A DNA stretch of 63,813 nucleotides, filler included, from Candidatus Omnitrophota bacterium (GCA_015233495.1; 16 parts of 15 records of this genome joined end to end with filler, not necessarily neighbours in it); one strand, 5' to 3'; counted from the first letter of the whole stretch, positions 10,056-21,085 are shown. A program made the numbers and translations. Notes: generated from the sequence alone by a model not told the origin.

Positions 10056-11192
10056 TTAAAAGGTTGTCCCGCCTCCGCCGCCATGTCCCCAGGACCGGAC
10101 ACAGACGGGCGCAAAACCGTAATGGCTACCTTGCCAGACAGCGTCATCATTGCATTGGCAAATTGCTGTATTTGTGGTTGGGTTATAAGTATCAACGTGC
10201 GAAAGCCCACTGGGCCAATTACAAACACATTGATACGTTGTAACGCCATTATTAACCGAAGCCTTGAGTTCGGTATGCTGGGCACAGACACATTTATTAT
10301 TTATTAAAGCCGAATATTCAGGACATATACAATTATGAGAGTAGGGATCCATAATTGATATATCAGGACAAGCGCAGACATTGTTCTTGAGTATAGACGG
10401 CAGTTTGCATTGACACGATCCGTCAATATTGTCAAAAGTCAATGGACAGCAAATTCCATTTTGTTCTTTTGTCCCGCTCGGACAGTCGCAGGCATTGCCT
10501 ATTTTTTTGTATCCGTTTTTACACGCCGCGGAACAGGCGGGATTATTGCCCGGATTAGTGGAGCAGGAATTATCAAGAATGGTGTAATTCTGATGGTTTT
10601 GCATAATGGGGTTAGTGCTGGAACACAGATTTGTTTTATAATCCGGCGGCAGCGAATCGGAACAGCTGTTAATCACACAGTCATTGGAAGCGAATGTGGT
10701 TCCCGGGTTGCATTGATATTGGCATTTTTGTGCCGGGTCGCAGGTGTTCGTTTCAACATGGTTCCAGGGGATATCGGCAATATATCCTGCGGCAACTAAG
10801 CCGGAGTCAGATGTATCAAAGCATTTGGAAGCTGAATTGGGCAAAGTTCCGGAGCAGCCGGGTGTTATACATGCGTTCTGACCCGGGCTTAGTACTTGCG
10901 TAGGATCACTGCAATAATATTGGCACGGCGCGGTTTTGTCTGCAGTCGGACAAGAACTATATAAATAACCTGTTGGATCTCCGGCTGTCTGTGACGGACT
11001 ATTAGGACAAAGCGCCACGCTGGCCTTTTGTGATTGACCATTGGTAACGGCAGCCATGCTGCCGGAGGGCGGCACACAATCCAGCAGTTTGGAACAGTCC
11101 CCGTTTTTAAATTTGTAGCCGTTCTCGTCCGCGCAGGTATATTCGCAAGTCGGATTCGCCGGGCAGCGCTCGACAATCGACACCGCTTGATT
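10056..11192 (-). CDS. Cysteine-rich repeat extracellular protein (5' partial)
   Basis: About 38 Cys in 375 aa; three to four ~60-aa six-Cys units, then CxC repeats. Confidence 0.75.
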   Translation of the reverse strand, partial: NQAVSIVERCPANPTCEYTCADENGYKFKNGDCSKLLDCVPPSGSMAAVTNGQSQKASVALCPNSPSQTAGDPTGYLYSSCPTADKTAPCQYYCSDPTQVLSPGQNACITPGCSGTLPNSASKCFDTSDSGLVAAGYIADIPWNHVETNTCDPAQKCQYQCNPGTTFASNDCVINSCSDSLPPDYKTNLCSSTNPIMQNHQNYTILDNSCSTNPGNNPACSAACKNGYKKIGNACDCPSGTKEQNGICCPLTFDNIDGSCQCKLPSILKNNVCACPDISIMDPYSHNCICPEYSALINNKCVCAQHTELKASVNNGVTTYQCVCNWPSGLSHVDTYNPTTNTAICQCNDDAVWQGSHYGFAPVCVRSWGHGGGGGTTF

Positions 11193-11400
11193 NNNNNNNN
11201 NNNNNNNNNNNNNNNNNNNNNNNNNNNNNNNNNNNNTTAATTAATTAANNNNNNNNNNNNNNNNNNNNNNNNNNNNNNNNNNNNNNNNNNNNTGCAATTT
11301 TTTTATTTTCGTGTTAAAGTGGTATTATAAAAAATCACCGCTAACAATCTGCCCAAGGTTGGGCGAAGGTAATGTTCAACCATCCACAGGAGATACAGCC

Positions 11401-13488
11401 ATGTTCAACACAACCGGGTTCAAAACTTTCCGCAAAGCCATTTGTTCCATCCTCGTTTTAGCTTTTCTGCTGCATTCCTCGTTTGGTTTTGGTCAGCTGA
11501 CGGGCGCGGGCTTGTTGACGCCGCCGCGGCAGATGCTGAATTTGTCTTCCGCGTACACGCCGGTGATTTTAAAAGGTATGGTAATCAATCCGCGGGATCC
11601 GCTGCAATTTGATTTTATTATGGACACGGGAACCGGCCGGGCGGCCGGCGAGCGTCTGCGCCGGGAAGCGGATAAAAGCATCAAATATTTTTTGGCGTCT
11701 TTGACCGTGCCGGAAGACGAATTATGGGTCAATTTGTCGCCGGTGGAAAAAGACCGGATCATCCCGCCGGGTTTGAACAAGACAATCATGGGCCGTGATC
11801 TTCTGGCGGAAGATTATGTTTTGAAACAATTGACCTCGTCTTTGCATCACCCGGAAAACGCGGTGGGCAAACAGTTGTGGCAAAAGATTTATGCTCTGGC
11901 GGAAAAAGAATTGGGCTCGCGTGACGCGGCGGTCAAAACACTCAACCGGGTCTGGATCATCCCGGAAAAAGCCCAGATCTGGGAAAACGCAGGCAAAGCC
12001 ATTATCTTGAACAGCCGTTTAAAAGTGATGATGGAAAAAGATTATTTGAATCCGACCGGGACCAAGCCTGGCAAAGGCACATTCGACGAAAAAATAACGC
12101 AAATCTACCGCGACATTCTTATCCCCGCTATTGAAAAAGAAGTCAACGCCGGTCAAAACTTTGCCACCTTGCGGCAAATTTATGCCGCGATGATTTTAGC
12201 GTCATGGTACAAAATCCGTTTAAAGGAAAGTCTGCTCGCCAAGGCGTACGCGGATCAAAATAAAGTCGCGGGAATTGAATTTTTCGACGGAATAGACAAA
12301 GACGCGGTATACGCGAAATATTTACAATCCGCGCGCGACGGCGTGTTTCATCTAATCCGAGACGAATCAGCCCAGAACAGTGAAGAAATCAACACGCGCA
12401 AATATGTTTCCGGCGGTTTTTCCGCCAGCAGTCCGGTGAGTCTGCGCACCGTTATCACCACCAGTTTGATCGTGGGGACGTTGTTCGGTCTTACTCCAGC
12501 CGCCAGCGCCCAAGCGCAAGCCCGGCCGGCCGGAGAATATGTCCAAGTTAAAAGCGGGGTGCAGGACATTGGCCAAGCGGATAAAAAATTTTTAATGTCT
12601 CGGGAGGTTGATGATCAACATACGCCGAGGCAGTATGTGCCTGTTGAGGGCCGGGATATTGTAAAGAAGGTAGTAAGCACTCGCAAGCAACAGAAAGGCA
12701 GTTCACCGCTTTGGTTGGCGGTATTGCACAAGGCCCAAAATACACCGGAGAGTGTCACGGACGCAGATTTTGCCGAGCTGCTTTGGAATATTGTTGATGA
12801 TCAATTGGCGGCACGAGATTCTGATCCGTATGATTTGCGTTCAGAGGCCGAGAGAGGCGGGCCGCCACAAACGTATTATGTGAGGGAAAGTATTGTGAAT
12901 ACGGAAGTAATAGCTGTTTTGGACTTACTGGCCAGTCGGAACCCAACGGTTTTTAATGCGCACAATTTTCAAATTCTTATCGAAATTTTATTGAGTCCGG
13001 TTTGGATAACGTATAGGGATGATGAAGGAAATGTCATGGATCGGGAAAGTTCTTTGCGAGAGGCAGGTTGGCAAGTAATGCGCTTCTTTCAGAAGGTCAA
13101 CCCGCAATTATTTGTTAAGGAAGGTTCTGACGCGGCTCGCGCGGTGCATCACGCATTAGAAAGCCCGGATCATTTGTTTGTCCGGCCTAATGCGCAAGCC
13201 CTGCAATCATTTTTTGGATCATTGTCCCCGGAGGGAGGGGGTTCATCTGCTAAAGTCCCGGAAGTCAGCTCTCCTATTGATCAGAAATTAGGCGGGGTGA
13301 ATCTGGATCCGCGCAAGTTGGATATGCAGTTTAAACGCGGGCCGGACGGGGTGGCTGCTCCGGTGAGCGATCAGCCTTGGACTGCTATGCATATACAGGG
13401 ATTTATTCCGGTGATTTATCAGATCACTCCGGTGAATTTGCCCAAGTTTTTGGGTTTCAATACGCCAACGCAGTCATCGCCGCATTAA
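11401..13488 (+). CDS. Secreted modular hypothetical protein (conserved-looking N- and C-terminal domains, SSP-bounded middle), Omnitrophota-type family
   Basis: AGGAG RBS, N-terminal signal peptide, FDFIMDTG / IKYFLASLTVPEDELWVNLSP / RKYVSGG block, and C-terminal GGVNLDP...IQGFIPVIYQITP block. Confidence 0.8.
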   Translation: MFNTTGFKTFRKAICSILVLAFLLHSSFGFGQLTGAGLLTPPRQMLNLSSAYTPVILKGMVINPRDPLQFDFIMDTGTGRAAGERLRREADKSIKYFLASLTVPEDELWVNLSPVEKDRIIPPGLNKTIMGRDLLAEDYVLKQLTSSLHHPENAVGKQLWQKIYALAEKELGSRDAAVKTLNRVWIIPEKAQIWENAGKAIILNSRLKVMMEKDYLNPTGTKPGKGTFDEKITQIYRDILIPAIEKEVNAGQNFATLRQIYAAMILASWYKIRLKESLLAKAYADQNKVAGIEFFDGIDKDAVYAKYLQSARDGVFHLIRDESAQNSEEINTRKYVSGGFSASSPVSLRTVITTSLIVGTLFGLTPAASAQAQARPAGEYVQVKSGVQDIGQADKKFLMSREVDDQHTPRQYVPVEGRDIVKKVVSTRKQQKGSSPLWLAVLHKAQNTPESVTDADFAELLWNIVDDQLAARDSDPYDLRSEAERGGPPQTYYVRESIVNTEVIAVLDLLASRNPTVFNAHNFQILIEILLSPVWITYRDDEGNVMDRESSLREAGWQVMRFFQKVNPQLFVKEGSDAARAVHHALESPDHLFVRPNAQALQSFFGSLSPEGGGSSAKVPEVSSPIDQKLGGVNLDPRKLDMQFKRGPDGVAAPVSDQPWTAMHIQGFIPVIYQITPVNLPKFLGFNTPTQSSPH

Positions 13489-13600
13489 GCCCGAATTGCA
13501 ACGTCAAGTCTATCTTTACGCCTGCCAAAAGGACGTCAATTTCAACACCATTGTCAGTGAGGCGTTGGCAACGTATACCACGCAACACAATTCGGGATAA
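13481..13600 (+). pseudogene. Remnant of HicB-like antitoxin C-terminal ribbon-helix-helix
   Basis: Frame reads RIKPELQRQVYLYACQKDVNFNTIVSEALATY...*, with no start of its own. Confidence 0.45.
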
Positions 13601-13746
13601 CGGAAGTTGTCGGTTACAAAATGTAACCAACTGCAGTGATGTCAAGAGGCGTTTATTCTTGGCAAATTTTCTAGGTGTGGTATAAATAAGAAACAACCGG
13701 AGAATAGAAACGTAACAGGTGTGGTGGATTGCTCCAAAGGAGGGCC

Positions 13747-13906
13747 ATGAGAAAAATCGTGCGGGTTGCTGTGACCGGTTCGTCCGGCAAGATCGGGTAT
13801 CATTTTATTTTTCGTTTGGTGTCCGGAGAAGTTTTTGGGCCGGGCACGGAATTGGACGTGCGTTTGTATGATTTGCCGGCCGCCTTGCCCGCGCTCGACG
13901 AAATTG
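13747..13906 (+). CDS. mdh: Malate dehydrogenase, type 2 (3' partial)
   Basis: RVAVTGSSGKIGY...FRLVSGEVFG...LYDLP; GGAGG RBS. Confidence 0.8.
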
Positions 13907-14030
13907 NNNNNNNNNNNNNNNNNNNNNNNNNNNNNNNNNNNNNNNNNNNNTTAATTAATTAANNNNNNNNNNNNNNNNNNNNNNNNNNNNNNNNNNNNNN
14001 NNNNNNCTTCCGTTAAGGGCTCAAATGAAC

Positions 14031-14516
14031 TCATGCTTTTATCCCGGACAAATGCGCCAATTCTTCGGTGGTGACTAAACGGTCTAAATCCAGCAGGGTG
14101 ATCACCCGGTCGCCTGCCTTGGCGAGACCGGACACAAAACGGCCTTGATTCCGTTGGGCGAGAATTTCCGGGGTCGGCTGTATATCCCGGGCCGGGACAG
14201 ATAACACTTCGCTGACGCGGTCAACCAAAAGACCGATGATGGAATGATTCGCTTTGCCTATAATGATGCGTTCAGCGGAACAATCGGCATTGGGTTTTAA
14301 TCCGAATTTTTTGCGCAAAGCGATCACCACCAAAACATATTTGCGGACATAGATGACTCCCTCGATAAAATCCGGAGTGTGGACCAATGGATGAATGGTC
14401 TGGGGCCGCAATACTTCCCGCACCCGTTCCACCGGCAAGCCCATTTCTTCGTCCATGAGGTTAAAGACGAGAATTTGCCGGTCGCTTTTGGTCGCGGTTT
14501 CATTTTCTTGAGACAT
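14031..14516 (-). CDS. cheW: Chemotaxis coupling protein CheW
   Basis: VREVLR, PDFIEGVI, IGLLVDRVSEV, LLDLDRL. Confidence 0.92.
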   Translation of the reverse strand: MSQENETATKSDRQILVFNLMDEEMGLPVERVREVLRPQTIHPLVHTPDFIEGVIYVRKYVLVVIALRKKFGLKPNADCSAERIIIGKANHSIIGLLVDRVSEVLSVPARDIQPTPEILAQRNQGRFVSGLAKAGDRVITLLDLDRLVTTEELAHLSGIKA

Positions 14517-14521
14517 AGGTT

Positions 14522-15598
14522 TTAAGCCTCCTTGAACGCGGCGATAATATGGTCGGCGATTTCATTCAAAGGACTAACTTGGTCAACCGCGCCCAGATCA
14601 ATCGCCTCTTTGGGCATTCCGAAAACAATACAGGTGGCTTGATCTTGCGCTATGGTGGTCCCGCCCCAATTTTTTATGGTTTTCATCCCTTTGGCGCCGT
14701 CGCGTCCCATACCCGTAAGAATCACTGCCACGGAGCGTTGTTTATAAATTTTTGCCACAGATTCCAGCAAAATCGTGCCCGAAGGTTTATGCCCGTCATA
14801 AAGCGGCTCGTCGGTTATCCGCAAGACCCCGCCTTCACTTACCCGGGTCTGAAAATCACACGGCGCCAAGTACACAATCCCGGGTTGGATAATCTCTTCT
14901 GGCTCGGCAATTTTGACGTTGAGCGGGCATTCGCTGTTTAACCAATTGGCGAATTGCTCGAGAAATCCGCTGGTAATATGCTGGACAATCACCACCGGAT
15001 AAGGAAAATCCGCCGGCAGCATTTTAAGCACCATTAAAATCGCCATGGGTCCGCCGGTGGAAGCGACAATCGCCAAAATTCTGTCTGATTTTTTTGCCGG
15101 GCTGATTTCCAAATGCTGCGGGGTTTCCGCTTCTGAAAAAACTGTCCCGGTTTCCAATTTGGCCAAAGGGTGGTGAACCACTTTGATGCGGCTTAAAAGT
15201 TTGACGCTCTCGATAAATTTTTGGCCGAAAACTTTATTTTCGCCGACAGCCAATTCACTGATATCCAGCAAGTCCAAAGCGCCGTAAGACACGGCGCGGA
15301 ACATCCGGTCAATCCCGTCCGCCTGGACCGCTGCGGAAGCGATGAGTATGGGCGCCGGACAATGCGCCATGATCTGTTTGGTGGCTTCATACCCGTCCAT
15401 AATCGGCATATGAATATCCATTGTGATCATGTCCGGCCTAAGTTCACCGGCCATTTCCACCGCCTCTTTTCCGTTGCGCGCGATTCCCACAACCTGGATC
15501 TGCGGGTCAGAGCTCAACAGCGTGGAAATAACTTTCGCGATCACCGGAGAATCTTCGGCAATCAACACCCGGACAATTTTTTTTAGGTCTTTATCCAT
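14522..15598 (-). CDS. cheB: Protein-glutamate methylesterase CheB (REC + esterase)
   Basis: REC domain plus ASTGGP, IVQHI, ILTGMGRDGA, FGMPKEA. Confidence 0.95.
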   Translation of the reverse strand: MDKDLKKIVRVLIAEDSPVIAKVISTLLSSDPQIQVVGIARNGKEAVEMAGELRPDMITMDIHMPIMDGYEATKQIMAHCPAPILIASAAVQADGIDRMFRAVSYGALDLLDISELAVGENKVFGQKFIESVKLLSRIKVVHHPLAKLETGTVFSEAETPQHLEISPAKKSDRILAIVASTGGPMAILMVLKMLPADFPYPVVIVQHITSGFLEQFANWLNSECPLNVKIAEPEEIIQPGIVYLAPCDFQTRVSEGGVLRITDEPLYDGHKPSGTILLESVAKIYKQRSVAVILTGMGRDGAKGMKTIKNWGGTTIAQDQATCIVFGMPKEAIDLGAVDQVSPLNEIADHIIAAFKEA

Positions 15599-15660
15599 GC
15601 GTATTCGTACTTTCGGTTAAAACCCTGTCCATTGGCCGGCGGCAATTTGCCGCCGATCGT

Positions 15661-16602
15661 CTAACCGATCAGCCGTTCAATTGTATCCAACAAAGACGAC
15701 TGATTGAAGGACGTTTTGACGATATAGGCGGACGCGCCTACTTCCACCCCGTGCCGTTTATGCTCTTCCTTATCCAAAGCGGTGACTAAGATCAAGGGAA
15801 TTTCGCAATGCTCCGGACTTTTGCGGACTTGCGCGCACAATTCAAAACCGGTCATCCGCGGCATTTCTACGTCGGTGACCACCAGGTCATATTTCGCCCG
15901 GGAAACTTTCTCCAGGCCGTCCATGCCATCTACGGCGGTATCCACGGTGTAGCCGGCGGATTCGATGATGTTCTTCTCCACCTCTCTCGTCGAAAGGTTG
16001 TCATCGCAGATAAGGATCCTTTTTTCCTTTGTCTTTTTGATCATGGCCGTTTTGCGTCCCGATATCGCTGGATGACTANNNNNNNNNNNNNNNNNNNNNN
16101 NNNNNNNNNNNNNNNNNNNNNNNNNNNNNNNNNNNNNNNNNNNNNNNNNNNNNNNNNTACCTTGCCTAAATGTGCGCCCAGCCCTTTAAAGAAGATCTCC
16201 TCATCCCCGACGATCTTGTCAACGACCAGACCGATCTTTTTATCGAGCGAAGAAACGATAATAACAGCCACCTTCGATTGCCCGTTCATCTTGTCCGACT
16301 CTTCTTTATCCTTTGCTGACGGCAGCCCCAGGATATCGCTTAATTTCACCAGGGGCATGGCATGATCCCTTAGCCGAATGGCCTGACGGCCTTCCATGGT
16401 CGAGATCTCTTTGGTATCCACCATCAAGCTTTCGGTAATGGACGTGACCGGCAAGGCGAACAAATGTCCTTCGGATTCCGCTAAAAGCACCTGGATGATA
16501 GCGATCGTCAAAGGCAGGATCAAGGAAAAGCTCGTCCCTTGACCTTTTAGCGTCTCTAAGACAACCCGGCCCTTGAGGGCGTCAATGTCTCGGCGGACAA
16601 TA
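15661..16602 (-). CDS. cheA: C-terminal part of hybrid CheA (CheW-like + REC), 5' partial, spans N gap
   Basis: ILPLTIAII..., IVGDEEIFFKGLG. After the gap, SHPAISGRKTAMIKKTKEKRILICDD runs in frame into a REC domain. Confidence 0.85.
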
Positions 16603-16703
16603 TNNNNNNNNNNNNNNNNNNNNNNNNNNNNNNNNNNNNNNNNNNNNTTAATTAATTAANNNNNNNNNNNNNNNNNNNNNNNNNNNNNNNNNNNNNNNNN
16701 NNN

Positions 16704-19101
16704 GGCCGGAATTTAACGCCGAATGAATTTGCCCGCTTCGGCCGGTTTGAAGAATTTTTAGCCAACAAGGGCTGGGAAGCGCGGATTTTTGATATCCGGG
16801 AAGCGGCTGACGCGGGACGGTTGGATCAACGGGAAGCGGTTGCGCAGGAAGATTTGGCCCGGCGCCATATTCAAGCGGCAGCAGCGCAAGCAGAATTCGC
16901 GGCGGAAAAAACGGATAAAGCCAAGGCCGCGTTATTAACGAAAATCAACGACAGTCAAACCGCGGTCGCGGCAGCGGAAAAAGAATTGACCCGGGTGATC
17001 TTGTCCGTGATGGACGCGGAATTTAAACCTTTGCGTTTGGATGCGGCCGGAGCGCTTTCCGACAACCGCGACTACGCGAGATTGCAGAAATTGTTCGCGG
17101 ATTATCTGGGCAGACAATTGGCCTTGCCGCAGGCGGTCGCGGTGTTGCGCGCCGCGGTTGGTTTGCCGGCAAAGAATTTAGATATGTTTGATCAGCAGGA
17201 TTGGAACGCTCTGCGAAATGAGCTCACCATTGATCTCGACGGGAAATTGGATGTTTGGCAGGCCCGGACCCGGTCTTTGCGGTTGGAGCGCGCGATAATT
17301 GAAGCGCTGAATCCGGCGGACAAAGCCGAACGGTTAGCGCGTAATGATGAAGACATGGTTTTGAATAATAAGCGTCAACAGCTTAACGCGGCAAAGAACC
17401 CGGCGGAGCAATATCAATTGCGGCATGAAATCAATGTCATCTACGGACGCCAAAGATTGGCAGAGGCCCGGCAGATGAAAACTGACGCGCTGGTGATCCC
17501 TTTGGCGGAAATCGAATTAGCCTTGGAAGAAAAACATTATGGGTTGATGCCTCAAGCGCGGCCACTGTTGTCTACGGAAAATGCGGCGCGGATTACATAT
17601 GAAAACCAACAGATCGCGGCGTTGACTAAAGAGAAAGCGCAAATCGAAAAAACCTTGAGCGACCGCGCGGTAAAAGCGGCTGGGGAGATGAAGGCGGCTG
17701 CGGGTAAGCCGGCAGCGGGCGTAAATGAACGGATCAAGGCGGCCATGGACGCTTTACGGCATATGTCACCTGAACAGCAGGAAGCGTTGCGGCAGGCGAT
17801 TATGGGCAGCGGAAAGTTTAGCGGGGCAGCGTCGAGTTCGGCGGGCGGGATCGGTCCGATGGGTGGATTCGGCGGCATGAGCGGATTTAGCGGCATGGGC
17901 GGATTCGGCGGCGTGGGCGGGGGCAGAGGCGGATTTTTCGGCAATGAGAATTTAGGACAGCCCGCGGCCTGGGAAACTGCCGCGATAGGCCAAGCAGTGC
18001 CGGCCTTGCCGGAAGTTTACGCGAAAGCGGTTTATGATTTGACCGGGATTTGGACGCGGACTCACTTGGTGACCGCGCAGGTGACGGACGCGCCGCAGGA
18101 ATATGTTATGCCGCGCTTCAACGGCGAAGAGCAACTCGATATTTATGTGGCGCCGTATTCCTGGGCTTGGTTGACGACCACTTTTCACGAGAATGAAATT
18201 CCGGCGGTTTTGGCGGCGATTACCCTGCACGAGCAAGCGGAAAAAGCGACCGGGTCGCATGAGCAAGCGTTGTTAGCGCAAACCAAGGCTGCGGGTTACG
18301 CGGCGATTCAAGCCCGGATTGAAGCGAAGCAAAAAGAATTTGAACCAGCGGCCGACGATGTGTCGCCGGAGTTGGTTCAGAGATTAAAAGCCTTGGTCCA
18401 TTATTGGACTGTTGAACATCAGGTTCCCTATGTTTGGGGCGGCGGTGATGAAAGCGGCATTGATTGCTCGCATTTTGTCAATAAGTGGCTGGGCGGAAAT
18501 TATCTGACCGCGAAAGGTTTGTATGAGAAGTATCAAGGGCAAGCGATCGCTCTGGATAAGGTGCAAGACGCCTACGGCAATGATAAGAGCTACTCTTTAG
18601 ACAACCTTATGCCCGGAGATGTTTTGGTGTTCCAGTTCAGCGAGGATTCATGGCACACCGCGGTTTATTTAGGCAATCATCAGATTGTGCATTCCAATCA
18701 TGGCGGCGTCAAAGTGGCTTCTTTGGATGAAGGTTGGTGCGAGCATTACAAGGATATTGAATATTTGAAATTAGCGTTTCGTCCCAGATTCGACGAGGAA
18801 ATCGATGGGCCGGTAACCGTAAACGCTGACGCAGTGCAGTCGATTAAAGCTAAGGAAGCCGAGGCTGCGGTTGTTTCGGCAGTCGCTCCGGGGATTAAGC
18901 CGGCGGTTGTGCCGGCGCCGGTTGCCGCTGCGTCAAATTCCACGTCTTTGCCGAAGCAATATAGCATCGGATGGAATGTGGAAACGACTTCCAACGGCAG
19001 TCAGATCGGCGTTGATTTTGCCAAAACCAGCGGGTCGTATTATTTTAGCTTGCACGTTACTTCCTTTAAGGATCCGGGATTTTTGCATTACGGTGAGGTG
19101 G
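16704..19101 (+). CDS. Internal fragment of a very large protein: coiled-coil, Gly-rich linker, NlpC/P60 peptidase domain
   Basis: Open from scaffold start to end; PYVWGG-DESGIDCSHFV...PGDVLVF...HTAVYLG...IVH. Confidence 0.82.
17844..17942 (+). repeat. Degenerate 18-nt coding tandem repeat (GG[IF]G[PG]M-type)
   Basis: Encodes GGIGPM-GGFGGM-SGFSGM-GGFGGV-GGGRGG. Confidence 0.7.
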
Positions 19102-19201
19102 NNNNNNNNNNNNNNNNNNNNNNNNNNNNNNNNNNNNNNNNNNNNTTAATTAATTAANNNNNNNNNNNNNNNNNNNNNNNNNNNNNNNNNNNNNNNNNNN
19201 N

Positions 19202-21073
19202 TTTGGTTTTTTGAATGACGCCGGTGCGCTGGGTCAGGGCGGCCGGATGGCCGAGACAGCTGTTCAGCAGCAGATCTTCCACGTCTAAGATGACCACTAC
19301 TTCGCCGGTCCACAGCACTGTGGCGCCGCTCACATTCTTGACCTTGCCCAAATAAGCGCCCAAACCTTTGATAAAAACTTCTTCTTCACCAACGATGCGG
19401 TCAATGATAAACCCGACTTGTTTATCCAAAGACGACACGACCACTACGGACAAACGATTCTGGGCCGGCCTTTTTTGGTCTGGCGCTTCCGCCGGTTCGG
19501 CGGGCAGTCCCAAGGTGTCGCTTAACCGGGCCAGCGGCAAGGTGTGCCCGCGGACGTTGACTGCCATGCGGCCTTCCATCGTGGAAACATCTTTCATGTC
19601 AATGATCAAGCTTTCGGTGATGGACGCCACCGGCAAGGCAAAAAGCAATTCGCGCGTCTTGACCAAAAGCACTTGGATAATGGCAATGGTCAAAGGCAGA
19701 ATTAAAGAAAAAACCGTGCCTTCGCCTAAACGGGAATCCAGGGTGACTTTGCCTTTTAACTGTTCGATGTCGCGGCGGACAATATCTAAGCCGATTCCCC
19801 TTCCGGAAATATCGGTAATGATCGGACTGGTGGTAAAACCATTCATAAAAATCAGGTTAAGGATTTCTTTTTCGGTCAGGTTTTTAAATTCTTGTTCGGT
19901 GAGCAGTTTTTTCTTCAGCGCCGCCTGCCGGACGCGGCTGGGATCAATGCCTTGGCCGTCGTCGGCTATTTTAATGACTACGGCTCCCGCCTCATGATAG
20001 GCGGATAAAGTGATGGTTCCTGAGCTGGGTTTGCCCGCCGCTTTTCTTTGTTCCGGAGTTTCCACGCCATGATCAATCGCGTTGCGCAAAATATGCATTA
20101 GCGGCGCTTTTAGACCTTCCAAAACTTTTTTGTCCAACTCCGTGTCCCCGCCGAGAATTTCCAGATTGACTTCTTTGCCTTTTTCATAAGCGATATCGCG
20201 CACCATGCGGGGCAGACCTTCCAGAATGGCGGCTAAAGGCAGCATGCGCAGTTCTTTCATATTTGACTGCAATTCATCAATTACCGGGTTGAGATGAAAC
20301 GCTTCGACGGAAAAACTCTCCCAAAGATCCAAGGAGCTGGCTTTTAATTTTTGGGCTTGACTGTTGGTCCGGCCGAGATGTTTAAAAATTTCTTCCTGCG
20401 GCACATCGCCTTTTTTCAGCAATTCGCTGAGCAATCCCAGAGTTGTCTGAATATCTTTGGAAAGCGTATTGATTTTTTTAATTTGGGAAATTTTGGCCAA
20501 GGTATTGGTTTTGTTAATCACCATTTCGCCGATGAGATTCAAAAGTTTATTCACCCGGCTTAACGGGACGCGTACATATTCATCCGCTTCCGAAGGGCTT
20601 AATTCGCTGGTTTGCGGTTTTTCGGGTTGCAGCGCGGTTGCCGCGGGGGGGACAGCCGCTGAAACGGCAGGCGCCGGGATATTTTCTGAAGATTGGAAAT
20701 GCGACGCGTCCAGCTCGCGGCATATGGCGCTAACATCCACATCAATAGTTTGATGATTTTCGATTTGGGCAAGAATATTTTTTACCAGGTCCAGCCCTTT
20801 AAATATTTGGTTGGCAATTGCGGACGTAAATGCCATTTGGTTATTATGCGCTTTTTCAAAAATGGTTTCCATCCGGTGCGTCACATCCTGGATTTCTTTA
20901 TAGCCAAAGACCCGCGCTGCGCCTTTGAGCGTGTGGGCAACTCGGTTTAATTCTTTGGTTAGTTCGGCGTTGTTCGGGTCTTTTTCTAAAGCGACAATCC
21001 CTTTTTCCAAACTGGCGACATATTCGCCGGCTTCCGCTTTGAACATCGCGATAAACTCATCTTTTTGAGACAT
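19202..21073 (-). CDS. cheA: Chemotaxis histidine kinase CheA (Hpt-dimer-HATPase-CheW; 3' partial)
   Basis: AHTLKGAA, HILRNAIDHG, DDGQGID, SGRGIGLD, ILPLTIAII. Confidence 0.95.
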
Positions 21074-21085
21074 AAAAATTCCTTT

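Noticed and set aside
15661..16044. Stand-alone CheY
   Set aside because: Upstream sequence is in frame and matches the CheA linker, so it is the REC domain of a hybrid CheA.
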